A stretch of 64,000 bases of DNA from Raillietiella orientalis (GCA_036172245.1 JAYWIR010000028.1:248001-312000), one strand, 5' to 3'; counted from the stretch's first letter, positions 47,261-62,600 are shown. Program-made: numbers and translations. Notes: generated from the letters alone by a model not told the origin.

Positions 47261-50200
47261 AATGTTTGCACATCTCTCTCAGAAATTCACGGATGCTGCT
47301 GCTCGTCGGCTTCTGCCCTCCGGGTTCCGTGGTGGGTCCAAGAATCGCGCGCCGTCAAGAGGGAAAGACGGAGCCCTCAGGAGGGGAAGCACGGGCAAAT
47401 TCCCATCGCGGAGACACGCCTTGAACGTTCGCGGGAAGCGGTTCCGGACGGATGCTCACCGAATAGTGGGGAGTGCGAGGGGGGGAGGGGGGCTCCGCTC
47501 CGTTTACATGCAAGGGCCGGGTCCGCGCTGGATTTCTGCACTTTGAACTGTAAACAGCAGAAAGGCTGTTTGGCACTTGTGTCCCGGAATGGGCGCTCCC
47601 AAACAAGGACTAAAGACGAAACAAACAAGCAAAGGTTCGAAAAGGACTCGTTCGCCCGGCTTCTCGAGCATTATCAGCCTGTCGAACATCCGCGTGCAGA
47701 TAAAACTGAAAACCGAAACTTTGAAGATCTTCAAACGAAAACTCGAGGAACAATGAACCCGAAGGAGACCTCGGTCCTGCCGTGAAAATTCGCGGCTCAA
47801 GGCGATGAAGCTATTTCTCAAGGCCAAACTACGGAAGTTTTTCCGCTGCGTCCGTAGCCGAAGATGGAATCACGACCAATGCGAAGAAACAGGAGCCCAT
47901 TTTTCCCAAGATCCTGCAACTTCAGGCGGAAGAAATGACGATGTTCCCAAGAAATCCGGAACCCCATATGAGTAAATCAATCTCTGCAGAGCTGAAGCGC
48001 GGCGGATTTAGTCGGATGAGTCGACTGGTAAACGACTGCTGCATCCACAGGAAATCTGGCCGTTCCTTGAGAAACCCAAGCTTGCGAGTACCTCTCTGTC
48101 TTGGAGGAGTATGTTTATTATGTAGCAATGAAAAGTACTTTTCCTGTATCAGAAATGACTGTCGAAGACACTCATAATTGAATAAACTCGAATGCTTTCT
48201 TGAAAGCTAAAGGTTTTACTTCAAAGAGCACTTGGACCAGAAGTTGCATTCGAGTGTGCCTGGAGATACAAGGCTTAATGTGGGGGGGGGGGGGGAGGGA
48301 TAGAGGTGCGTGGTAGTAGTTGAGCGAGGAAGACCAGATGACCGATCCAAGATTCCAGCCAAGGGACATCCTACATTCTTTGCCGTCCTCCGGTGCTGGG
48401 ATAAAAGAACGCATGAATCTTATCTTGGATTTCTCATCACTGAGAACACACATTTCTCGTCGACCGTAAGTGTGCGCGAATGCCAAATGGGGAAGTCGAA
48501 CCGTTCGTAACTGCCCATAAAACACGCGTTGCGAACAAGTACAAAAGACACATCCAAATAAATGAACACTAAAAACGAAGATAAAGTTGGTTCGATCTTT
48601 CGCGTCACGCCCCACGGCGAGCAGCTTCTGGAGCCCCCGCTGCTCCGTCCGGTTTGAACCGCAAGTCCATTGTCCCCCTGCCTTCCTGAGCGATGGCAGC
48701 TGCTGAATGCTAAAGCCTTGCACTTGCCCCAGCCCCCCTCCTTTGGCCTCGGCGATTCCTGCATCCGTGAACGAGTTTATTTATTCGCTTATTTATTTTT
48801 GTGCATTTATTCGCAAGTAAAGTCTTGGGACGTGGAACACTCACCCCCGCCATCGATGCAGGTCGCAATGCCGTCGCGAACGGGTCCAGGGCGGTCTGCT
48901 TGCAGGAAACGTCTGCTTTTCCGAAGTTCCGAAGACGCCGCCTGCACACGTGCCAAGCAGGAAATCAATCTCCGAACGTGAAGTGACCACGACGGTGCCT
49001 TTGCAGCTTTGTCCATCAGTGTGATTCTTGGCCGTAAAGAAGGAGAGCAGAAGAGCCACTCATCATCGGAGAGATTTCTGCGTAGCACGCAGAAGCCAAA
49101 GTTACCGAGGCTGCTGCGACAGATGGTAGGCGTAGCGCACGACCGATCCCATGTGGAACTGATACTGAGGAAGACTTTTGCTGCGAGACTGAGACCTTCA
49201 CAGATGCGGAAGCCCGAAATGCATCAGGGAAGATCATCACTTTCAGAACTCTTTTTTCTTTTTGTACCATCTGGTGAGCTGAAGAAATCGTCCAGCAAAC
49301 GTGATCCTGCCGCTGATAATAATCCAAAGCCGGTGGCTAATGGACAGAGTCTCGATTTCGGATTTTGCCACGATTTATCAACGGCGAAGAGATACTGTAT
49401 CTCTCGTCGGATCGAATGGACACGGCAGCAGCAGCGGCCGGCGAGACCGGCAGAGGAAGCGCACGCACTCCACTCGGTCGCGGAGTGTGCAGCCTCCGCC
49501 GTGGTTCCGCTTTGACCCACCCGACGGGACGGGGGGACTGTCTTAGAAGAGCATCCAGCAGCATCCCTGGATGTTCTTCCGCAACCGCGCCGAGAGGCTG
49601 ACGGAACGCAACCATCCGATGATCGTAAATGAGGCTGGGGTCCCGGGAGAGGCTAACGATGTTCCCGGACGAGAAGCGGAGGAGGCTGGGTCTGCGAATG
49701 GGCGGGGGTGAGGTCACCCGGTAGTGTGTCCTCGAGTCACCCGGATTGCGGGAAACGCCAACTGACCATTGCGAGTTGACCTTCATTCGAAGGGAAAGAG
49801 ATGCTGCCCGAGGTTTCCTGAAGAAACGACGGCAGCTCGGAACGGGAGAGGCGACCTGAAAAAGCTCCTTTTCATCGCCAGCTGATCTTCATATGGAATC
49901 TTCCTTGAAATTAGATCTTCGGCGTGAAAACTGTGGATGGATCAAATCTCATCATCCTCTGTCTTGGTACTTTCAATTACCGTGTGCTTGATTCTGGAAG
50001 ACAGATCCTAAGAGCTCCAGAAACTATCCATCCTTTGGAGTGATCGAATTGAAGAGATCCATTTGATTAACTGCTAAGATCCATCCAATTACTAGACCGA
50101 TCCGGCAGATCGAATAATTACAGTCGCAAACGAATTTCGATGGGGTTTTTTTTTTCCTTTTTTCTAAAGAAAAAAAAAAAAAAAAAAAAAAACATCAATG

Positions 50201-50629
50201 AAGCCTCCGTTCGGACATCTAATACATAATTCTCAGGGTAGGGGCGACTCTCTCCGTTGGTTCTCTCCCCAGCTGATGCTCGGTTTCCGCCGAGATGGCT
50301 GTGTTTGACGAAGATGTGATGAGGAACGTCGGTATGTCTTCTTCTTCTCCTTCTTCCCTTAACTTGCATTTCGTCTCAGTGACAAGCATAAAAAAAAAAA
50401 AAAAAAATCACCTCGAGAACAACATATCAGCTGACTTCTTAATTGATATGTTGAAGTACTCGTGATTGTACTCACCATGCATACAAATGAGCAGTTGTTT
50501 GCAGTGTTTTTCTCTCCCGAGTGAACTTTGATTAGCTGGAGAGGAGGGGGGGGGGGGGCAAAACACGGGAACCTCTGCGAAGAAGTGACGCCGCCGCGTA
50601 ACGAAGGAAAGGAAAAAAAAATACATATA

Positions 50630-50649
50630 TGTGTGTGTGTGTGTGTGTG
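50630..50649. repeat. (TG)n microsatellite
   Basis: tgtgtg... run. Confidence 0.9.
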
Positions 50650-53600
50650 ATGGACGTGGAAAAAACGTCGGAATCTGCTCTTCCGTCGATGTGCGTGCGG
50701 ACGTCGTCGGGGCGGACGCCTATCCAAGGCAATTTTCCCCTCTCGTCGCACCCGGATACTCCGCAGCATCCCAAGACGCGTCCTCCAGCGGTGGCCGCTG
50801 CGGAGCCGACAAAGGAGAGCGACCAAAACTGCCAACAATGCCGCGGCCTCCCCCCTCCCCCTCTCACTCCCCCGCAGTCGCTTCCTTCCTGAAGCGCATT
50901 TTGCAACTTTTTCTTTTTTCTTTTTTTTTTAATGGAGACGCTAACAAGTCGTCCATTTTGGATTCTCCCCCCCGGCACGAATTCCGGTCGCGCTGCCTGC
51001 TGATGTTCTCGTAATCATCGAAATCAAAAAGCGAAACAGAAAAAATAAAAAAAAAAGGAAGGAAAAAAACCAGAAGGAAAAGGCGTTTGAATTATGTCTC
51101 CTGGAAACCGGAAACGGGGAGAAAGTTTTCCGCAATAGGTATCTGTTTCCAGGGATGGCACGAGCAGAAAGTGTGGGGATAAATAATAGAATGCACGGTG
51201 AACGATCCGACGACTGTGGAAAGCACTGAAGGAGAAGAACGCTGTGATCTTGATTGAAAATTCGTCCGTTTGCAGGCATCAATAAAATATCAACCTGGAG
51301 CAGGTTGTCGGGCGTGGGAGCGGGGTTTCCATAGCGATGGCAGAATGCACAGTGCAGCGGCGGGTGCGGACGCCTACGGATCCGTGGAATGGATCTGCTC
51401 CGCTCTCCTTATTCCTCCGAAATAATTCTGCTCCCCCCCCCCTCACAACCGGAGTTTGACTGCGCGCGCGCGAGGCCCAAGGGCAGGTCAGCGGAGCATG
51501 CGCGGTCTTTTCTCCCCGCTCGCGAGGTGAGTCGCCCTATTCTCTGCAGCTCTGCGGCTCGAGCGAGGCGCTGCAGGGGACGCAAAGAGGGAGGGGGAGA
51601 GAGACGGGAGAGCACCTCAGAGTGCGCGCGCTTTTCGATCCCGCAGCCTCTCCGCTCGCGCCCCTGCGGAGAGGGGGAGACACGGAGGAACGGGCAAGGG
51701 GAGCGGAATCAGAGGGCTGAAGCGGCTCGCGCGGGAACGGGAGCCGCCGAAGAAGCCGCGCGCTCTGGGGATCGCGCTGTCTTCCTGCCTGGACCGAGCG
51801 CTCGCTGCTCCCATCCTCACCCTGCCACTAGCGGCCTCGCCCCGAGAAGGGAGGGGGAGATTTCGAAAGCACCATCCCCATGAGAGGTTCCGCGCGCTCC
51901 TCCCGGTCGCGCGCCCGAGATTCCTCCTCTTCGACTGGGCCTGCCAGAGGCTGCTCGCAAAAGGGACGGGAGGCACGGTCCGGGACGGATATGGAAGAAG
52001 AGAGATGCAGTTGCTTTGTCCGGGGGCTCCTCCAATGCCCATCCTGATGCAGCCGAGGCTGACCTCGGCGGAGCGAACCCGCCCCCTCCAGGGAGGAAGA
52101 GTTCCAGGACAGGAGAGGCCATCTTCCCGCGACGACCGCGGCCTGCCTCGAGGCGGCTGCCCCCCCCTCCTTCCACGGTCAGGGAGGACCTCCGTCCCGT
52201 CTTGCCCCACCCTGCCACGCGTCAGTCCCGTCGAGGCATGCGAAGGACGTCCTCGCCCCTGCGAGTTGTCGAAGAATTCCGCGGGTTCCAGACGGCTGAT
52301 GAAGGAACTTCCGGTCCCCTCCCTCTCCCTTGAGCATGCTGTGGCCGGCTAAAAATAGTGGATGCGCCTTTTCCATCCGCTGTTCGGAAACCGGCACTGC
52401 GGGAACGCGGCATCCCCGAAAAGAGCACGCGCCGGGGGGTGAAAGGCGGAGGGAATGCGGATATGGAGTGGAAGCAGGAGGGCAGGGGGGAGGTATAGGG
52501 GGAAGTGGGCGAGGATAGAGGAGGAAGGGAAGAAAAGCATGAGCAGCTGCCGACAAAGACACCTGGAACGGAGGTCGGCCATGATGACCGATAGGAAGGA
52601 AGGGAGCCGCAGTCCCGCGCGCGATGGTCTCGGAGAGGCGCCCCAGAGGATGTAGGGCTCTCGGTTCCATGAAAGTGACCACGCGCGCGGGAGGTGGGAT
52701 AGGTTGAACGAGAGAAAGGGAAAAATGCGTGTTTTGAAAAGTCCATAGGGATGCGGAGGCCGAGCTCGCGCCGCTTCGCGCATCCAAACTGCTCGCGATA
52801 TTTCTCTCCTTCCCCGGCAGAACACCTTCCTCGCACTCACGTCCGGACTCTATTTTGAGTCCCGGAAACGTTCTTCGACGCTCTGCTCCGGAAGATGCTT
52901 GGGAACCCACGTCTGGGAGCAGGATGGCCGCGGACTCCCCTGTCCTTCTACCTCTTCCTTCAGCTACTCCCCCTCCCGTCGTCGTCGTCGTCGTCCTCAT
53001 CATCATCAACATCATCCCGGACGCCGTCTCTTCCAGCGGCGCCTCCTTGTCACCCTGGCGTCCAAGCGTGCTTGCCAGAGAGGGTGGTCGGGGAAGATGA
53101 GGGGAGGGGGAGCGTGAGTGTGCGCGCACGAGACGGTTCGGTCTCTGAGTCCGTGTCTTCACCTTCCTGGACCAGAGCTCGCGGGACGGCGGCGAGCCAG
53201 CTGGGACGATGGACTCCCCCAGACGGCGTCAGATCGATTCCGGGAGGGATCGGAGATTCCCGCCAGGCAAGCGCGCTGAACCGGCAGCAGGATTTTTTCC
53301 CGCCGGAGAACTCACGGCACTCTCGGGGAAGCGGAGCGAGCGGGTCCTAAATACGGAGGGGGGAAGGAAAGGGGGACCCAGGCAGCAGCGTGCCCGCGAA
53401 ACGGCACGCAGCGGGTGGACTTCCCTGCAGGACGCGGCTCGGCTCCCTTCCTGCAGAGAAACCCGGACGGATAGAAACCCCGGCTCCTGAGGAATCCTCT
53501 TGGAAACCAAGCGGGGAAGTTCCGAAGCTTCAGGAGAGAGGGAGAGCGCCTTTCGTCCTGAGCGCCAGGAGGTTCCCGTTCGCGGCAGAGTCTTCTGCCC

Positions 53601-56600
53601 GCGTAGCGACGGGAACGAGGAGGCGTGCAGGGAACGGCCGCCGAAGATTCCCTTCTGCCTTCCACGACTCTCCGGAATCTCCCGTTGACCGCGGCGCGTG
53701 GTCTACACGGAACGCTGGCCACCTCCTCCCTTCTTCCCTTCCCCTTCCATCCTCCCAACTGGTGACCGGGCGAAACTCATGAACACACCGTCTTGTCTCC
53801 GACGCAGCCTTCCCCCTCCCCCAATCACGCCTTCCAGGGGCCGGCTCTTCTTCGCGATCGACGGAGGTGTGCAGAGATAGGGGCGACGGCTGCAGGGGAC
53901 GCCAGGTCGACTCTGTTCGAAGGCAGTTCCTCTGAGGTCGCCGCGTGGGTGGACCACCGCGGGGCACGGTGGGTGGACTCGAGCTCGGCAGCCTTCGTGC
54001 TCACGCGCCCCAGCCACGCAGTGTCCGCCGCCGTGGTGTGTCCTGGGTGAAGGTGGGGAGCGACGATTCTCCCTCCGAGTCCGGAAAGGATGGCGAGCTG
54101 CGCTTCCGCCGTGGCCAAAAGTGCGTTCCGTGCGACTCCTTGCCTGTGCTCCCCCTCATGCTCTGGGGTCGTGCGAAAGACCCACCTTCGTTCGGAGGAG
54201 GTGCGCAAGGACTCGCGCGCCGTCTCGCGAACCGCTGTGGCATACGAGGAGGTCACGTGGCGCTCACGCCCTGGAGCAGCCTCTTCGGCACACCTCGCAG
54301 ACGACTTTCCTCGCTCGTCGTCTTCACAGCAGCCCTGGGAGAGCCGGTGCGCCGCGAGTTCCCCGGCGACCGGGGAGAGTCGATGAGAACGCGGTGTCCG
54401 GAAGCGTCAGTCCGGGGTGCGCTCGAGGACTCTTGCGCGGGGGTTGCATCCAGAGCTCCTCCTGATTGTCCACTGACCGTTCGTCGAGCACTCCGGGGCC
54501 TCAGCAGCTCGGCTCGCTCCCGGTGGGCGGACGACACACCGGCCAACATGCACGCGCGCTCAACACGCGGACAACTGGGTCCTCACTCGGGAAAACTCAC
54601 GTGATTCGGCTCCGCTTCCCGTGCCCTACGAGCCGCTGTTTGAAAACTCCAACCACTCCTCCGATTTTGTCACGCTAAATTAGAGACGACTCCTCCTCTA
54701 AGGCAGACAGATGAATAGATGGATGGACACTTTCAAAAAATGTCTTTCAAGATACTCCTGCTGTCGTTCGTGAATAATTAATTCCTCAGTGTTGCAGCAG
54801 CCACTGGCATTCGTCGAGGTTTGGGTGATTCAGGTCCCAGCGATCATTAACCATCATCAAGGAGAGCGCTGCTTCCCTTCCCGTTATTCGCACTCTCCTG
54901 TTTGTCTTTCCGGGCGCTCCGTGCTCCCCACTTTCCGTGCCCCCGATCGAGGAGGGAGGGGGGGAGAGGGGGCGAAGGGAGAAATCCCGAGGAATTTTCG
55001 GGAAAGCAGAAGAAGGGAAGTCAGCGCGCTGCAGCGGGATTCGAATCGATCTGAACTGCATCAGAGCTGGAGCCAGCAGGTGGAAAGACCGAAAAAAAAG
55101 GCAGCTGGGGCCGGGGTGTCGGTCGGGTGCGGCGACCGAAGAGCGGGACGAGACGCGTCGCAGGCGAACGGGGGCAGAAAAAAAAAAAAAAAAAAAACCC
55201 AGGAGCCGGCAAGCCACGTCCCGGCTTTTGCGGCCCGGCGTTTGCGCGAGGAGCTCGGGCCGAGCCAACTGACAACGCGCTGGGCCAAAGGGATGCACGG
55301 ATCTCCCGAGGAAGATGAATAACGTTTCATTAGGGGGCAGAGGGAAAGAACACTGAAGGGAGCTGGGCTTGTTAACCGGAAAAGAGGAACCGGAAACGCA
55401 TCTAAAATCATAACACTTCCAAACCAAATTTCAGGGTATAAAAAAGCCCTAATCCAGCGATTGAGCGTAATCCTCATCTCACCGAACGTAAATCCGTCGA
55501 GATTCCTTTTCTAATCTGCCGGATGTCATTTTTTTACTCACAGGCAGCGGCCTCGTTCCTCGCGTGATGAATTGCACGCTGAGTGATTTTTGGGAGTTTT
55601 GAATGCGATTAGCAGAGTCTGCCAACACGGAGGGAAAACAAAAGCAAAGGGAGTTTTGTTCCACCAAGACAAATGGTAAGAAGATGCTAAGCGAAAGATT
55701 CTTTCATTACGCGAACCCTACGGAGTTTCTGGTGCTCCTGCCTTTTGCCCATGAAGAACGTGGGCCGCAGTCGAGAGCCGCTCCGCGGAGGAGGGCCGGT
55801 CGGCCGCCGCGGCAGTGGCACGCGCGCCCGGCGGCGGGAAGATCACCTGCGGGACGAGCGAGCAGGAATTCTGGGAGTGACGAGAGACGCGTGGCGAAAA
55901 GCGGAAGTGCGTCGAGGACTTGCATAGTGCATAGTGCGCCTTCCGTCCATCTATAAAACCTTCGCAAAGTGCTATCGATTGAGTGATCGATAAAGGCGCC
56001 AGTCGTTTCTTGGAAGGAGTGCTTCGCGCGCGGCCCTCGAAACAGCATGCAGAGGAACAAGAAGAAGGCAAACGTAAACCAAGAAGTGTTTGAAAATTGA
56101 CCGTCGAAACGAAACCCTTGCGGCGCCCAACACCCAACATCGGAAACCCCCCCACGCGGGGTAACCGCTGAAAAGGCAGTCGGAACATGTCCATTCGGAA
56201 TCGAAAACCTTTGTGTCTTTTTCGAGGTCAGGTATCGAAAACCCCGCCAAGAAGAGTTCCAGTGGACCGAACGGGACTCTGGAGTCTTTGGGACCCGACA
56301 AGGCATCCGTGGAACTGGGGATCAAGTCCGCCTGCCCTCCTCACAACCGCTGTCGGGATACCACCGTCGAAAACAGTTCCAGCAAGCCTCTCCCTGTACT
56401 GCGACATGCGTCCAGGGAACGACAGCTCTTGCGTATGTCTACAAATCAGCTTCCAGTGCTCGCGGTTATTTCCATGCTACTCCGAGAATAACACACGCAC
56501 ACAAACACGGGTGCAGAGGTGTCGTTTTCATGTTAAGCTTCCTGGGACCTGATGTTTTACGTGGTGCACGCACGTGTCAACGTGCGTGGAATACCATCCG

Positions 56601-59600
56601 TTCTGGCTTCAGTTCGCTTACAGCAAGACGAGAAGACTTCTTAGAGGAAAAAAGGACACCTGCGAGCACCACTGCCATCGCTTCGCCCGAAGGGTGACGG
56701 CGTCGCGACAAGGGGTGAATGCAGCGCCGTGTCTTTGACACGGAAACCGAACGTTGTCAGGGGTTACGAACCTCAAGCTGGCTGGAGGATTAAACTCCAA
56801 TTTTTCAAGTGATCTCTTGCGCATCCCTGGATCGAGATCAACCGAGCTGTCTGTCGAATGCACATGACCCTCTGCGCGCCATCAACACAGGGCCACCACC
56901 CAGCAGCAGCAGCAGCAAACTCCTGTGTCCATCCCTTTGCCGAAGGTTCCCCGCCCACGCTTCCACTAAATGTTGCTGCTGAGGTTGGTGGCTGGGCTCG
57001 TGAAGAACGAATTGCTTGAGTCCGCGTCCGCGCCCCACTTCCTTCTCCTGCCACCTAGCCGGTTCGCGGCTAAGTGGCAGGAGAGCTGCGTCTCGTCCAC
57101 CGCATGGCCGTCCTCCAGCTGCCCGCGGTAATCGAGCTGGGCTTCCACGGCGGCCGGCCGGCTCTTGCGTACGAAACCTCTTGCGTGCATCCTGCTCTTT
57201 CCGCTCCTGCCCGACATCGACCTTCGACATCTTCCATCTTCCCCAGGCAGCTGTCGATGAGGCAGGCCTAGGGAAGCTCGCAACTCATCTGAACAACTCC
57301 TGTGGTCGATCTGCGAGTCTCCGCGGGTGCTTCGAATCTCCACGAGACGCCCTCTACGGCCCACGAAGCGGTGCACGCACAGCGAACAGCGCGCCTTACG
57401 GCACATTCTGCATCTCCGAGCGATGCTTCATCGTTGATGGCCGCGGTTGCAAAGTGTTGGGACACGCACTTTGCAAGAAGAGCAGCTTCATGCACGTCGG
57501 ATGCGGTGACGTTGGATGGTGATCGCAGTCATGAAAACTGCCCAAGAAATCCGGAATCTTCACTACAGGGCCGTGGTAGCCCACAGTGGGGATAACGTTT
57601 GTACCACCACCCTCACCAGCCCAGAAAGCGTCCACTGCTGACGGCTGTTTCTTTCCGAGAGTGCCTTCACGTGCTGGGCTTTTCTGCACGGCAGACCTGC
57701 GTCACCGAGACTCAAGCCGGCAGCAGCAGCAGTGCTGCCCTTCTTGCGCTAAGCGGCTGCGTACGTTCATGAGCTCTCACAACCAAGCGTCGCTGATCCG
57801 GAAGCGGATCAGCGACGCTTGGTCAACGGGTCAAAACTGTTCCTCTTCTTGGCTTCCCCTCTTTCCTCTTCTTCGAACCCGGAACTTCCCCTAGCAAACC
57901 GAGGAGTGCCTTCGACTGTCCTCTAGGACCCGCCTAGCTCTTTCCATCGTTGGGCCGGCGCTCGCACGTTGCCGAGGCCCCCCTTCCGCCTGCCCCTGCG
58001 CTCGAATAAAAGAAAAAGAAAAAAAAAAAAAAAAGAAGAAGAAGCGCGCGCTCGACCCAGACTCCACGCATGCAGCCGGGATGGGAGCATCCATCGAATC
58101 CGGCTGGATGCAGCCTGATTCCATCAGCTCCCCGCAGTGGATCAAGCAGCTATCCCGCGTAAGAATTTTCGTCGGTGGCAACCATTGAGGCTGCCGCAAC
58201 CGATGTCTCACGGATTCCCTCGGATGCTTGCGAGCATCCGCCTATTTGTCAGAGGGGATTAAGACGTGACAACCGTTTAAGGCGCCCTCGTGCCGCCAGC
58301 CAATAGCCAAAGCGCGCGTGCTCGGGTCGCCTCCGCAGGCGCAAGAAGGGGTCGCGCGCTGCCATGGCGTCTTCTGCCGCCGCCGCCGCCGCCGCCGCCT
58401 GTCTCTGCCGCATCTCGCGAAGGAGCTTCCCGCCTTCACGATGTCGCTCCTGGGCGCGTCGAAGAAGGGGTCGGGGAGGGAGGTCCGCCGCATGTCGTGG
58501 AGCTGTCCGAAAAGGGGAGGGGGGATCTCCGCTGTGAAGAGCCTGCAGCAACCAGCTCGATCGCCGCGCGATTGGTGGTGTGCCCGGGGAGAGGAAGGCT
58601 CGTCACTCTTAGGGCTCCTCCTAAGAGCGACGAGGATGCAGCTGCACCGCGAATCCTGGCCGGAAAAATCTTCCTGCCGCCTGCCGCTGCTGCTGCTGCT
58701 GCTACCCTTCCTGTGGACCTTTCAGAGAAAAATCTCATTTTCCCATGATTCACGGTCCTCTTTCTCTTCCTATTAATCAACAAATCACGATCCTCATTAA
58801 TTATTTTTGATCGTTCGATAAATTTTCCTGATGATGTTGCGAGGAATTCATCTTCTGTCATCTTCTTGGCATCCCCGGGCTACTTTACATTAGTTCCCGT
58901 GTTCCCGGAGAGCGGGTGGAGGGTAGTCCTCATGTTTTTCTTATGCGCTGGATGTGGTTCCCGGAGCTGCGACCCATTTTCGAATCGATCTGCTCTCCTC
59001 CGGAAGGATTCATCCCTTCCCCCCCCCCCCTTCCTTCCCTCCCGTCCGTCGGCCGAGGATACAGAGCGCGAGAGAGACGGTCACGGGGTCTCATCCTCCA
59101 CCACCTCCCTCCCTCCTTCGGTTTTTCCTCTCCGTCCCCTTCCTCCTCCTCCTCTTCCTTCTCTTCCCCCTTTTCCCCCTGCGAGTCTCCTCCTGTTACC
59201 CGAGAAACCGGCTTTCTCCGAGCGCTGTCGCGCGCGGTAGCTTCTCTCCCCTCCCCCCTCCTCGCAACGAACGGGTCACGTGACGCGCACACTCGCGCGC
59301 GCTCGGCGACCGACCTCTCGACCCATTATGCGCGTGCCCGGGGAGGACTCTGGGCGAAGAATTTCCCATGTACGACGCTCCATCCCTGCGACGGGAATCA
59401 CTCGGTCCTTGCGCGCCCAGATGGACCGAACGCCAGCTCCGTCGTCCTGCTAAAGAGCGGGAGGGAGAGGGGGAGGAAGAGGAGGAAGGGGGGGAGAGGG
59501 GGAAGGGGGGAGGCGTGGCGCGGCCGAGGCTTCCGTGTTCCCTGCTGACACCCCGTCATTTCTACTCGCATCTTCCCCAATTAAGCTTGTCAGATCCTTT

Positions 59601-62600
59601 TCCCACCGTGTCATAGCGCGTGAACTTGCAATGGATCCCCGGTGTCTTTTGACGTCCCGGCGTGTTGCGTGCCCCGGAGGAAGACGACGAGCGTTTCGGC
59701 ACCGGGTCCGCATCTCCACCAGAACGGAGCCGCCGCAGGAAACCTCCTTCCCCCCCCCCCCCCCTCTGCCTCCCGGAATCGAAACGGAGGACCTCGACCG
59801 CGCCTCTCGCGCGACCGTCCGCCGTTCTCACCATTCTCTCTGGAACGGTCCTCAGCTCCTCGAGATGCACGCGCATCTTTGCACCACCTCGCCTCTCCCT
59901 TGCGCGTGGGGGTGGAGGGGGCCATGTCTCCAGCAAAGTGCCAGGCCGGGAGAGGAATAGCGCGGACGTGGTTCCCTGAGGATCGCGTAGCGATGGGATG
60001 CCGGCGAGCTCCGCTCCATCCCGCGAAGGACGCAGAGGAACCTCAAGCTTTGTGATCCCTCCCCAGCTCTCCCCTCTCCTTCTCCCCCTATCCTTCAAAC
60101 CACCGGACCGTTCCTTTTGTTCGTTTCGCCTCTTTTTCCTCATCCTCTCCTGTGCCGGTCGAGGGCCTCGCTGGCGTCCTCCCGAGAATGGTGCGGCTCC
60201 TGACGACATCTGAATGCCTATTTTTTTTTTCTTTTCTTTCATAAACAGACGCCCCGGAGCAACCGGATGAGAATCCTCCTGTGCCCAGCTTGCGTCGGAT
60301 CTCCCGCGCTGAGAAACTGGTCATAAAATCCCCCCCCCCCCCAGGCGGACGGATACCGACTGCCTCCTTGCGAACAGGTGATCCTTCCGCGAGGCCATCG
60401 TGTGGTAGGATGCAAATTGAGAGTGCGTAGCTCCAAGCTAGGGCTTTCGCAGCAGCACGGTGGCGTCGATTTGAGTGGGCACCCCTGCACCAGAGAGCTA
60501 CCGGCAGTTCTCATCCCTCACGCTCCCTTCCGGCTCAGCAAGACGGACAGCAACACACACGCAGTCCCGCCATCGCACCGTCTGGCGCTCCCTGGCCAAG
60601 GGAACGGGCCGACAGCCTGCCGCGCCGTTCGCCAACTCAGAAAGAGCCCCGTGGACCCGTTTCAAGCTAACGTTGAGTCGCGTGTCGCTTTCGGTTTGCT
60701 GAGGAGGAGAGCTCGTCCCGTCAACTCACCTTCCCTCATGAGCCTTCCTTTCGGTGGCCCGTGGCCCCCTAGACTGACTTGTCCTCGCGTTCAACCCAGA
60801 AGGGTCGGAAGTCCTTTTAACGAACGTACTTTCAGTATTTATCTTCTGCAGTGAAGTCATCGCGTCTGTTTGCTTTTCTGAGCCTGCGTCTTAAAAGTTG
60901 GATCAGGTGCCGAGAATCCAGAATCCGAGGTCGTTCGTTGGACCGCAAATCGAAGGCACGGAAGGCTTCTTGGTCTCCTTGTTTTTCATTATGTCTAAGA
61001 TCTTTCCCCATTCCATTTTATAATTCCGCTTGTTCTTCGGAGGGAAAATCAATCCTTTCTCTCTTCTTCTCTCCTTTTCTCTGCTGATAGTTTGAGACAG
61101 GTCCCCATTTCTTTTCTTTTTCTTTTCTTTTTTTTTTTTCTTTTAAAAAAGGTTTGTTCTCGCTCCTCCCCGCTTAAGCCTAGAATTCGTCAAATTTGAA
61201 AAGCGCTTACGTTCTTCCTACCCATAAGTTGAGATTCGAAAATTCCAGTGGTAGATTCCAAGAGCATCTTGCGTGTTTGCATTCCTCGATTCGGAACGCA
61301 AGCTTTTTTTTACGATCAAACAGGATAACGGTATATCATAGTAGCTGCCGCACGTGGTCAAAATTTTAATCGGCAGTGGTAACACTGTGCCGCGACTCAG
61401 CGTTGATTGTTAACCCGCAGGATTCGAAATGATCATCGAAATTAAGTTTCCATGCTGGGATTTTGTGCTTTTCCGAAGAGAGGAAAGATTTTTTTGAGCC
61501 ACAATTCGGCACGCACAGCTTTCCGAGCTTTCGAAAATGACCTCGTGCAAAACGCGTACCACAGCGATAACAAAGTGTATACGGTAAGCTGGGTTTGCTG
61601 GGTTTGCACATATACATGTATGTACTTGGAACATATGCAGCTAGTGTTGCTTTTTACAAAAAGAAGTTGTTACTTAGAAAGAAAAAAAAAAAAATACTGG
61701 AATTGAAATTGCAGTTCGCGCCCTTTCGACGGAAAACATTCCGGCGAATTTGTTTTCCATCAGTTTGCATGTGTTTATGGTGAAACCTTCTAATTTGACA
61801 AGGCAGGAGGAAACGGGGTGGCATCTAAATTATACGGCGAAATTCACGTTTTTGCCTCAGCTGATTCGGTACAGCATCTTTGAAAGGAATGTATGGCAGA
61901 ATCCCATTAAACGTTGAACTCGCGATCGTCTAGAATTCCTCCCCACCTCCCTCATAAATCCACGCAAAGACTTTTAATCAAACATAGTGAAACTCACACT
62001 CCCGATTTTCGCTAATTGCAAATCCTATTAAATGGTAATATTCGTAATGAAACTGTTGTAAGAGGTCTCCATTCGAACGTGAAAAAAATAAGCGTAGGCT
62101 TAAAAAAAGAACCTCATCCGTTGAGGATGTCGAGGAATTTCTCGCTTCTTATAGTTTGTTACCTTGATTCGGTGAGGAGAGGAAAACGGCCAAAATTCGT
62201 GGAAAGTCTCATCGTCGCTTGCAAATTTGCCACAGATGGCCACCACCAACCTGTGGACTCGAAAATCATCGCATTTATAAGATGCTTCCACTCGAAATTA
62301 CCGTAAAGGGATTTGGCAATTCTGTTAAGGGCAGATTCCAATTTCTCATTCACGGATGAAATTTAGTGCAAGCTCTGCTTTCTTTTGTTCTCGGGATGAT
62401 TCTTTGTAGCAGCCCTCATATATCTGGCGATGCGTAAGCCTTGAGGATTTTGTGTGTAAAAGTATATCGACCTCTACAGGAAGGAAACGGACGGACCGTA
62501 CGAAAAGCCCTTGCCCGCTTTCGCAGGCAGCGTTCCGAGCAGGGGCGGCTGGGGCAGCACCGAGGTGGACGCACTTGAAAACGTCGAAGAATTTTGTATC

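Noticed and set aside
49090..49520. Gypsy integrase-like words (LPRLLRQMVGVAHDRSH; PKPVANG)
   Set aside because: Too degenerate; no DDE core, RT or LTRs could be identified.
50440..50900. Minus-strand exon ending ATG|gtgagt with an upstream promoter-like region
   Set aside because: A lone donor-like site with no recognisable coding partner; it is out of frame with the DGAT1 ATG exon.
51300..60900. Numerous overlapping 100-330 aa ORFs on both strands
   Set aside because: Arg/Pro/Gly/Ser-rich products expected from high GC content; no family motifs or consistent exon chain.
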